Source: Macrostomum lignano (Eukaryota). Taken from it: a DNA stretch of 64,000 bases. The notes below the pieces were generated by a model. It saw only the letters and a program-made list of their open reading frames with translations, was not told where the DNA came from and made no database searches. The translations under genes were made by a program, and so were the position numbers. Positions 34,560 through 45,500 of the stretch are shown here, in pieces (positions within the stretch are counted from its first letter, which is position 1; each line of letters begins with the position of its first letter). Location of the stretch: the NCBI GenBank assembly GCA_002269645.1, contig NIVC01000989.1:248001-312000 (forward strand). The letters run 5' to 3'.

Positions 34560-35005
34560 TTAACAGAATCACAATAGAGAAAGCACAAGGTCAAAAGCTA
34601 CATGTATTTTATTTAAAAAAAATTCCTTTCTTTGCTGTCCCTAACGGGGGGGGGGCAGATTGCTAGTCCACTATACTAAAAAATGGATGTCTGTCTCTAG
34701 GTATCTATCAATGTGATTGATTTCAGAAAAAACAGCTTAACCGGAATAAAATCACAATATTGAGTGTACCAGGTCAAAAGCTACATGTATTTTATTCAAC
34801 ATTTTTATTCCTTTCTTTGCTGTCTTCCCAACGGGGGGCAGATTGCTAGTCCACTATACTAAAAAATGGATGTCTCTAGGTGTCTATCTGTGCGATTGAT
34901 CTCAGAAAAAACTGCTTAACCGTAATAAATTCACCATATTGAGTGTACCAGGTCAAAAGCTACATGTATTTTATTCAACATTTTTATTCCTTTCTTTGCT
35001 GTCTC
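34560..35005. repeat. ~180-bp diverged tandem triplication
   Basis: GGTCAAAAGCTACATGTATTTT recurs at about 34590, 34772 and 34952 with shared flanks. Confidence 0.8.
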
Positions 35006-35736
35006 CCCAACCGTTTGACCCTTGTTGGCTACGCCACACAGGTTAGAAATGATTTCTTTTATTTTTCATAGAAGAATCTTACATGGCCTTTGCTAGCTAC
35101 GTTCGTATAAGCAATTCGATGCACTAAGCGCACAGCCAATGAGAGAGTTGCTGGCTTGAGAGACCAACAAGAGTTAAAAGAATGAGAGAAGACAAAACCA
35201 GCCAGGGGATTAGGGGATTGGACCGTGTGTTTTCATGGCCAGCTGAAGAAGGATAGAGGGGAGAGCAGTGCGGTGAGAGAGGAGAAGGCAGTGCAAGCCA
35301 GTACTTTACCCAAGCCGACTGCACGTCGGTACCCCAAGTCAGCTTTTGGTGGTCCTTGCAGCTCGTAGGCTGGCAAAAACCAGTCTAACCTTACCTTACT
35401 CCCAAGCTCTCTAAACTGCTGCACCTCATCAACTGACTAATTGCCTAAGTTGTGCCACTCATTTATTTTCTAAAAAAGAGAGAAGAGACACAGCAGTACA
35501 GTGAGCTAGCTATCAATTTCAACCAGAGCGTACTGCAGGGCCCAGAGCTACCCATCATTGTTAGTACTAATACATGCATATTTGAGTCGTGCTTTAAGAG
35601 CGATTCTTCGAGACTTTGCTTGTCTTAAGAGAGAGAGAGAGAAGCCGAGACAAAGAGAGGTTTGTCACTTCGGACACACTTCAGCCTCTTCTTGTCCAGC
35701 GTGGGCTATTCAAACACCCCAGCATAGAAACTTGGC

Positions 35737-35745
35737 TATATATAA
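35737..35745 (+). promoter_or_regulatory. Candidate TATA box of DEG/ENaC gene
   Basis: TATATATAA about 80 nt upstream of the ATG. Confidence 0.3.
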
Positions 35746-35818
35746 TTCACCTGGACTCCGTCTAATTAAAAAGGCAGGTAAGGAAACTGCAAGCTAATAT
35801 TATCAGAAACAGCCAGCA

Positions 35819-36957
35819 ATGCGCGATCGAGCCGCACGGGCCAACAAGCCTCAGACTGTTGGCGATGAGTTTCTGCGTTTTCTCACGTTCTCATCGGTTA
35901 GAGGCGTCCCCAGGCTCTTGAGAGCTCGGTCGCTTGGCTGGTCGGTCATCTGGGCCGTGTCGGTGCTTGGCTTTCTGACTGTCTCATTCTACTTCACCAT
36001 CCGGCTGGTGATGCAGTTCAGCACCTACCAGACTGTCTACGAGATCAAGAACGAGTTCAACTCGCAGAAGGCGCCGTTTCCATCGGTAACCATCTGCAAT
36101 CTGCAGCCGTTCTCAGCTACTTTGCTCGACAGAATCTTTGCCTCGACATCGCCGTTAGACAATGTCACGGCCGACATGTACAACGACGCGTTCCTTCGAC
36201 TGCAGGCTAGCAGCGAGGACTTCCGTTCGCTAACTTGGAAGTCCTTTTTTCTGCGTAACTGGGGCCGCAAGGCCAGCGAAAAAACGGGACTCAAATTCTA
36301 CGAGTTCGTGCTCAACAACACGTGCAATTTCACGTATTCGTCCAACTCAAAACTGAGATCGATGCGTTGCGATCCGACTCGGGACGTTCAGGAACTGTTT
36401 AGTTCTCGTTACCTCACCTGCTTCATGCTGTCGCCGCCGCAGAACATTTCCAATAGCACGTTCTCAGTTGAGATGGACATGTACCTGGACACCGAGTCTT
36501 CTTTGTTCAATCGCAGCCACCTGGGCGACGAATCCAAGGCGGCTCTGTTTACCCTCGAGGACTCGATCGGCGCTTTCGTCATGGTGCACACGGCTCGCAC
36601 CTATCCGGAGGGCTATCACGGCGTGCACGTCCTGCCGGGAACTAAAAGTGTAATTGAGATCACAAGCGTGAACAAGGAGGTGAAACTGGAGCACTTTGCC
36701 AAGGATCCGTGTACTAGGAAGCTCGACCAGGACATCCTGGCTCTCTACCAGGAGATCCGGCCGTTCGCTTACAAATCCACAATCTGTCGCCGACTCATGA
36801 TTCAACGAATGATTGCGCGGAGCTGCAACTGCACCGATCCGAATCACCCGGTGCCGGAGGAGCTGGCGAGTCAAGGCTTCTGCGGCGAGGTGTCGCAAGA
36901 CGCCTTCTCCTCAGTGGAGAGTGTCCGCAATGCGGCGCTCAACGCCACGATTAAAAA
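35819..36957 (+). CDS. DEG/ENaC exon 1
   Basis: 380-aa ORF with TM1 and extracellular domain; donor AA|gtgagt. Confidence 0.9.
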
Positions 36958-38923
36958 GTGAGTGTCATTTGACGGGTTTGCATAGAAGGGTCTGTTTAGG
37001 ATAATGAAAATTGCGATTACGGATTATGCAATGCTCACCTGAAGTGACGAAGGCTGGGGGCCAGCCTCCCAGATCCTCAGTTGCTGGGCCAGCCTCCCAG
37101 ATCCTCAGTTGCTGGGCCAGCCTCCCAGATCCTCAGTTGCTGGGCCAGCCTCCCAGATCCTCAGTTGCTAGGCCAGCCTCTCAGATCCTCAGTTGCTAGG
37201 CCAGCCTCTCAGATCCTCAGTTGCTGGGCCAGCCTCCCAGATCCTCAGTTGCTAGGCCAGCCTCTCAGATCCTCAGTTGCTGGGCCAGCCTCCCAGATCC
37301 TCATGCAGTTGCTGGGCCAGCCTCCCAGATCCTCAGTTGCTTGGCCAGTCTCTCAGATCCTCAGTTGCTGGGCCATTACCTTTCCAGATTCCAAATTTGG
37401 CTAAAATTTAACAGTATAAAAATGAATTCATTTTTTCTACATTCAATCCCATTACACTCATTCTCAGAAGAACCCATTAAACTGGGTGGTTTTGGAGGAA
37501 AATTAAATGGGAAAAAAAATTGCATCCCCGCTGAGTCAGAGATGGGCTGAGTATGAAGATGAGATGAGCTGAGCTCTGACAGATGGGATTAAATTACCCC
37601 CCCCCCCAAGATGATTGGCACAAGCGCTGTATGATGTGCGTGCAATTTAATTAAATTCTGTCAGTATAGCATTTACGCCCGTATGCGTGACAAAATTGAA
37701 GGCAACCCCAAAATTAATCTTTCAATATACATACACGTAGGCGATGCCTTTCTTCATTGCGCTAATCTCCCCGGCAAACACGCTTTTCGCAAAACACTGA
37801 TTTGCCAAATTAAGCGGTTATCAACTATTTAAGCAATTAGCTTATTGATATAGTGCTGAGTTAATTAGCTCTTAATTGATCTCGGCAGGGCATTCCGACC
37901 ATCAGATTTCATACCCTTTTAGGGACCACCTCACGCCGCGCACCCACCACCCCAAGAGTTTTTATCATTATTCCAAGCTAACCCCCACCCCGCCCACCCA
38001 CCACCCCAAGAGTTTCTATCCTTATTATAGGGGACTCTCACGCCGCGCACTCACCACCCCAAGAGTTTCTGTCTTTATCTTAGGCAAACCCTCACCCCGC
38101 CCACCCACCACCCCAAGAGTTTCTATCCTTATTATAGAGGACTCTCACGCCGCGCACTCACCACCCCAAGAGTTTCTGTCTTTATCTTAGGCAAACCCTC
38201 ACCCCACCCACCCACCACCCCAAAAGTTTCAATCCTTATCTTAGGGGACCTCTCACGCCACGCGCCCATTTCACACTTTCGTTTTCACACTCACACAACT
38301 CTAGGCTGGTGTGCGGCCTAAAAATCGAGCTGTCATCTGACCCAACTTCGAGCCACGGCGAGACCCAATGCCCCCAGCCTTGCGAAGAAATCTCCTATCG
38401 CACAACGGCCTATCAATCGTTGTGGCCGCCAAAATCGAACGAGATCGATTTCTACCGCTATCACATCAAAGGAAACTCGCATCTGGCTAGCAAATTCAAA
38501 GTCTACGCCGAGGCTAGCGCCCTAATTGACAGCGGTCGCCTCAGCGAAGCTACGGCTCTGTTAGACAATCTTGGCACCGATCTAATCAGAGAGAATTTCC
38601 TTAGATTGCACGTGTTCCGCCCGGACATTATGCTGACAATTAGCGAAGAAAAACTCCAGATCACCTTGGAGGCCCTGATTTCTCAAATCGGTGGCGCGTT
38701 CTCGCTCTGGGCCGGCCTGACCATCATTACTACTGTTGAACTCATAGAGCTGCTGTACTATGTGGCAAAGCGAGTCGTTGTTTCCTTGTCGGGGGCGCGT
38801 CCTGCCACGCAATCGGATGATGGCGCCGAAGCGGCGCCAAGAAAGCAGTCGGAGCCTGGCGGAAGCTCCGACTTGATTAGCGGCGGGGGCGGCATTGCCT
38901 CTCAGACTTTTAGCAAACTCTGA
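35819..38923 (+). CDS. DEG/ENaC (amiloride-sensitive sodium channel family) subunit, 585 aa, two exons
   Basis: join(35819-36957,38305-38923) = 1758 nt. TM1, FPSVTICN, Cys-rich thumb (CNCTDP, CPQPCEEISY), TM2 LISQIGGAFSLWAGLTIITTVELIELLY; phase-2 junction AA|gtgagt...ctag|G. Confidence 0.92.
37056..37372. repeat. 28-bp minisatellite (GCTGGGCCAGCCTCCCAGATCCTCAGTT), DEG/ENaC intron
   Basis: Tandem units. Confidence 0.94.
37928..38262. repeat. ~57-60-bp minisatellite (..CACCACCCCAAGAGTTTCT..), DEG/ENaC intron
   Basis: 5-6 diverged units. Confidence 0.85.
38305..38923 (+). CDS. DEG/ENaC exon 2
   Basis: Acceptor ctctag|G; CPQPC, TM2, stop TGA. Confidence 0.9.
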
Positions 38924-39134
38924 CTGACGAAATGCAGCCATGTGCAACTATAATTGATGCATGACTTTTTAAACTATTTTCAAATTTTTACCTGAGCGAA
39001 TGATTTATAATATTTGTAATTATTAATATTTGAAGGTCTGGAAGATTCATGACCAATAATTGATGAAATTCTTGACTGTGTAACATATGTATCAATTTTT
39101 TCTATTGGCTAATTTATCGGTTGATCATTTGATT

Positions 39135-39369
39135 AGTAAATTGATAGATAGATAGAAGATTTGATTGGTTGATTGATTGATTGATTGATGGATTAATTTA
39201 CTCATTGGTTGGTTGATTGACTGGTTAATTAATTGATTTATTGGCTGAATGATTGATTGATTGATTGATTGATTGTGATTGATTAATTGATTGATTGATT
39301 GATGGATTGTTTTACTCGTTGGTTGGTTGGTTGATTGATTGACTGGTTAATTAATTGATTTATTGGTTG

Positions 39370-39432
<63 letters not shown>

Positions 39433-39445
39433 AATTGATTGATTA
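39135..39445. repeat. (ATTG)n degenerate microsatellite
   Basis: Tandem units. Confidence 0.92.
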
Positions 39446-40237
39446 ATTGAAATATATATATTTCTCATATTTTGATTCGTCTTATTGTATACTGTAATCA
39501 TTGTATAATATTTATTGATTTTTTTCAGCTTATTGATTTTTCGATGCAATAAATGTAATCGAACCATATACGTTTAGAAATTTTATTCAAGATTCTATCT
39601 TGTAAAAATATATTAGAGACGATAAAACTAATGAGAAACACTATTGAGTTTTTACAACCATCTGTTTTTACAAGCAGCAACCATCAGTTTAATAGCAGAT
39701 ATGGTTGTAAAGTTATGCCACACTATAGCTAGTAGAGAGCCCTGAAAACACGGCTTAACATCTTTCAAATATTCATGCCACCATACTCGTATTTTAATGC
39801 AGTTTGTATTGACCTGAGCCTGAGTTCATCTGCCCCTACGCCCAGATGATAATTAATATTTCATATTTGGCTGCGTACAAATTTATGCACATTGAGGAGT
39901 ACGCATATAGAGTCGACTCAGAATATTCTGATGAAGAAGAGGAGAGTTGAGCAGCTGCTGATAGCTGTGTTAGGATATCCTACATGGCTTCTATCCCCCT
40001 CCCCTGCTTAATGCGCAGTGCGTGACTCTAGCAAGTGTGAGAACATCTGTTCATCATCAAACAGTCTCCCATGTTGTTGCTTTCTTGTCCAGACAGACAG
40101 AAGATGAAAAATACAAGTTAAATATAGCACAGTCATGATTGCTGTGTACCAATACACCTTGTATTGATATGCAAAATAATGGTTAGAGTAGAAAAAATAC
40201 ATGTATTGTGTAGCGACATTATCAATAGCATTGTCGC

Positions 40238-40978
40238 TGGCGCCCCTTTGTGCTGGCGCCCCTTTGTGCTGGCGCCCCTCTATGCTGGCGCCCCTTTGTG
40301 CTGGCGCCCCTTTGTGCTGGCGCCCCTTTGTGCTGGCGCCCCTTTGTGCTGGCGCCCCTTTGTGCTGGCGCCCCTCTATGCTGGCGCCCCTTTGTGCTGG
40401 CGCCCCTTTGTGCTGGCGCCCCTTTGTGCTGGCGCCCCTTTGTGCTGGCGCCCCTTTGTGCTGGCGCCCCTTTGTGCTGGCGCCCCTTTGTGCTGGCGCC
40501 TCTATGCTGGCGCCCCTCTATGCTGGCGCCCCTTTGTGCTAAAGCCCCTTTGTGCTGGCGCCCCTTTGTGCTGGCGCCCCTTTGTGCTGGCGCCCCTTTG
40601 TGCTGGCGCCCATTTGTGCTGGGCCCCTCTATGCTGGCGCCCCTCTATGCTGGCGCCCCTTTGTGCTAAAGCCCCTTGGTGCTAAAGCCCCTTGGTGCTA
40701 AAGCCTCTTGGTGCTAAAGCCCCTTGGTGCTAAAGCCCCTTGGTGCTAAAGCCCCTTGGTGCTAAAGCCCCTTGGTGCTGGCGCCCCTTGGTGCTAAAGC
40801 CCCTTGGTGCTAAAGCCCCTTGGTGCTGGCGCCCCTTGGTGCTGGCGCCCCTTGGTGCTGGCGCCCCTTGGTGCTGGCGCCCCTTGGTGCTGGCGCCCCT
40901 TGGTGCTGGCGCCCCTTGGTGCTGGCGCCCCTTGGTGCTGGCGCCCCTTGGTGCTAAAGCCCCTTGGTGCTAAAGCCC
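40238..40978. repeat. 16-bp minisatellite (GTGCTGGCGCCCCTTT grading to GTGCTAAAGCCCCTTG)
   Basis: Tandem units. Confidence 0.96.
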
Positions 40979-42460
40979 TATCACAGGATTTTGCCGAAAA
41001 AATCTAGGCTAAGTCCCATTCCCTGCTCTGCATTACACTTTTACATGTACTGACCCAGTCGCGATCTCTCACTTTCCCTAAAGCAAACACTTTGATCAAG
41101 TCCATGCGCAGATATGTGCACCCAACATTAAGTTTGCATAGTAAATGCGCAGAGTGCAGCTAAATAAATAACTTCTCCGCGATCTCCGCAGATTGCATTG
41201 GCACACCAATAGATATTGGACTTTTAGTTGCTATTTTACTAATAATAGCGGTACAGCATAGATTCAATCGACCTAAAAAATTTGCGCGTACACAACTATT
41301 ATAGCAAAATAAATACATGGTTTTCCTCAGCTCTGCTTGCATATGGGGCGTGGCCTGAATTAAGGATTATATGCCATGGGTAATCACAATTAAAGGGATC
41401 GAGAGGAGTTAATAAAGACTTGATGAGATGGAAATTTTTGAGATAAGCATTCAGTGTAATACATTATATCTAGCTAACATGTAAGTTTCTTATCAAATAT
41501 TTTGAAAATCAAAATCAAGTATTTGTGATTCTAAATGAGCTGAATGTTATTTTAAGTATATGCAAATGTGAACTTTCACGTTGTACTTATATGATTATCT
41601 AGATACGTGTTCATATAGCTGCATATTTCCTATTTTAAGTACGCTCGTTAAAATACGCTTTTCATCAATTTAACAGTGACAAGATTTTCTCACAGATTTT
41701 CGTTGTTAAGAGTTTCTTGTTAAATTATGTCTTATAATATTGTTGGCGTATGAGTGTACCATGTACCGCTGATCATAAAGGTGCACAGGCTTCTAACATG
41801 TGTTCCAGAAACGTAAGTACATGTAGATCAGCGTCGGTCTATCCTTTGAAATGTGCACGTGTTTAACGAACGCGAAAGAAATATGTCCATCATCGAAGTA
41901 AAATATAGTGTACATATTGGAGTATAGGCCGGAAAAATTCAACACTTCGTTACGACTAAATAATCCGCTCTAAATAATCCCTGGGTTCAGCGTTCAACAT
42001 AAGATGTACATGCAGCTGCACAACGATGCGCACTTCCTTAATTTCCATATTCACAAAGCGTATTCATTAGACCGTTTTACATTTACATTAACATTTAAGA
42101 GTGTAAAAAATGTCTAAAAAAATAAGAAAATAGATAAAATGTCTAATGTATTTTTTCTGAAGACTAACAAATTACGAGTACTTTTTGTTAACGTAGGTGC
42201 ATAGTGCGCGTTAATTTTACGCGTTATTTTAAAATCACAATAAAAAAGAAAACAGATCCAACAGATTGTATTTAATATTCTTAAATCAGCTGACCGCTTT
42301 GTCTTATAACTTTTTTGCATTTTAACTTAATGTAATTGGTTTACTCAAGTGAACCTTCCGAACTGGGTTAGATAGAGAAAGTAGTGTGCAATAAAAATTG
42401 CTACTGTAAAGATGATGTTGCACAGAGCCTTTTCGTGAAATCGGACTTTTTATCTTAAGA

Positions 42461-42520
42461 ATGGCTGATAGAAAACCTGGCGAGTGGGTGCACTCGCTTT
42501 TGATGCGTTTTGACTCTCAG
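42461..42520 (+). CDS. NF1: NF1 exon 1
   Basis: MADRKPGEWVHSLLMRFDSQ; donor CAG|gtaagc. Confidence 0.93.
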
Positions 42521-45500
42521 GTAAGCTAAAAGTTGAAAAAACACATTTTTAAGATATAACAATATAAGGGTAATTTTATTTAGAGTAAATGTGTGTTGCA
42601 TAATATATTTAAACTATATTTTTAAAATGTATATTTATTTTGCAATATAACCAGATAAATTGATATGGCCATACAATGATACAGCTTTAATTAACAAATT
42701 AAGTTTAAACAAATCGTCTGAAAGTTATAAAAGGTAATTTTAGTTGCATAAAAACAATTAGTATTTAGACATTCTTTTTAATTGCATATGTATTTTAAAT
42801 CTTTGGCTCTATAGTTAAAGCATTTATTCCAATCCATTTCAAATGGTGAATATCTTCAATAAGTAAAATAATAAAATTGCTCATTTAATTTTTTATTTTA
42901 GCTTCCTGAAAATATTATTAGCAGCTGCTTGGAAAAGATAAAAAGATAAATAGAAACTGATATTTATGCTTGTGAATTATATAATTGAGTTTATAGATTT
43001 GTCCTAAGTGAGGATTAATTTAGGAACTCAATAGCTACTAGCAGTTTACATACTTAATCAGTAACTATTCAAAATTTATAAATGATTTCTTTTCAACAAT
43101 TGTAGTTGCCAATTAAGACTGGCCTGCACACAAATCAGTCGCTGCAGAATGTTGAAATGAACAAGCAGTGCCTGATTCGAGTTAGCAAGTACAAGTTTGC
43201 ACTTGTCATCTCAGAGCTAACCAAAATCCTACAGCAGGTTGATCAAATGGTAAGGTTAAAAATCTCATTATAATTTATAATATTTTTACTCAACTTTTTC
43301 ATTCTCCAATGCTCCACCAGCCTGTGTATGGCCTGGATGCAGAGCGGAACTTCTGTCATTCGCAGTTCATCATATTGGACACGCTGGAAAAGTGCCTCAA
43401 TAGTGTAAGTAGTTTAGTCACTGTTTTTGTTTTGATATTAGACTATTGTAGTGAGTTACAGAAAGATATGTGCGCGTCAGACACCATTACATCTTGTCAG
43501 TAAATGTGTCAGACACACTTTAGATCTTGTCAGTGATGATGTGTCAGACACGCTTTAAATCTTGTCAGCAAATGATGTGTCAGACATTCCCAGATCTTGT
43601 CAGTAGATGATGTGCCAGACATCCCCAGATCTTGTTCGTAGATGTGTCAGACATCCCCAGATCTTGTTGGCAGATGTGTCAGACATCCCCAGATCTTGTT
43701 GGCAGATGTGTCAGACATCCCCAGATCTTGTTGGCAGATGTGTCAGACATCCCCAGATCTTGTTGGCAGATGTGTCAGACATCCCCAGATCTTGTTGGCA
43801 GATGTGTCAGACATCCCCAGATCTTGTTCGTAGATGTGTCAGACATCCCCAGATCTTGTTCGTAGATGTGTCAGACATCCCCAGATCTTGTTGTTAGATG
43901 TGTCAGACATCCCCAGATCTTGTTGGCAGATGTGTCAGACATCCCCAGATCTTGTTGGCAGATGTGTCAGACATCCCCAGATCTTGTTGGCAGATGTGTC
44001 AGACATCCCAAGGTCTTGTTGGCAGGTGTGTCAGACATCCCCAGATCTTGTTGGCAGGTGTGTCAGAGTCAGACATCCCCAGATCATGTTGATAGATGTG
44101 TCAGACATCCTCAGATCTTGTTGATAGATGTGTCAGGCATCTCAGATCTTGTCAGTAGATGATGTGTCAGACATCCCCAGATCTTATCAGTAGATGATGT
44201 GTCAGGGATCCCAGATCTTGTTGGCAGATGTGCCAGACATCCTCAGATCTTGTTGTTAGATGTGTCAGACATCCCCAGATCTTGTTCGTAGATGTGTCAG
44301 ACATCCCCAGATCTTGTTGTTAGATGTGTCAGACATCCCCAGATCTTGTTGGCAGATGTGTCAGACATCCCCAGATCTTGTTGGCAGATGTGTCAGACAT
44401 CCCTAGATCTTGTTGGCAGATGTGTCAGACATCCCCAGATCTTGTTGGCAGGTGTGTCAGACATCCCAAGATCTTGTTGGCAGATGTGTCAGACATCCCA
44501 AGATCTTGTTGGCAGGTGTGTCAGACATCCCAAGATCTTGTTGGCAGATGTCTCAGACATCCTCAGATCATGTTGATAGATGTGTCAGACATCCTCAGAT
44601 CTTGTTGATAGATGTGTCAGGCATCTCAGATCTTGTCAGTAGATGATGTGTCAGACATCCCCAGATCTTATCAGTAGATGATGTGTCAGGGATCCCAGAT
44701 CTTGTTGGCAGATGTGCCAGACATCCTCAGATCTTGTTGTTAGATGTGTCAGACATCCCCAGATCTTGTTCGTAGATGTGTCAGACATCCCCAGATCTTG
44801 TTCGTAGATGTGTCAGACATCCCCAGATCTTGTTCGTAGATGTGTCAGACATCCCCAGATCTTGTTCGTAGATGTGTCAGACACCATTGAAACCAAATAC
44901 GATACTTTTATGCACCTTTGAACCTTAGGTGAATTCAATTTCGGCCACCTGCCAAATATTTTCAAGTGTCATTATTTGACGTAAAATAATATTTTAAAGT
45001 TGCAATAAAATTGTATTTTTTCAAACGTCACCATAGCAACCCAAAGAGACATCTCGACTTGACGAGGCGATTCTGGTGAAAAATCTGCTGCAAGAAATTT
45101 GTCGAGTTCGAAAACTCGTTCTGAATGTAAGTGATTTGAATTCTCAAGTCTTTTTCTGCAAATCCTCAACTCATATTTTCTCAGTAAGCATCCAAATCCC
45201 AAATAGTATTATCTCTAGATCTCAATCCATTCATCTCTAGATCTCATTCCATTCATCTCTAGATCCTCATTCAGTTAATCTCTAGATCTTATTCAATTCA
45301 TCTTTAGATCTTATTCAATTCATCTTTAGATCTTATTCAATTCATCTTTAGATCTTATTCAATTCATCTTTAGATCTTATTCAATTCATCTTTAGATCTT
45401 ATTCAATTCATCTCTAGATCTCATTCAATTCATCTCTAGATCTCATTCAATTCATCTCTAGATCTCATTTAATTCATCTCTAGATCTATACCTCTAGATT

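Noticed and set aside
40164-44646. Cys/Trp-rich repetitive ORFs
   Set aside because: 16-bp and 32-bp arrays; the latter lies inside NF1 intron 3.
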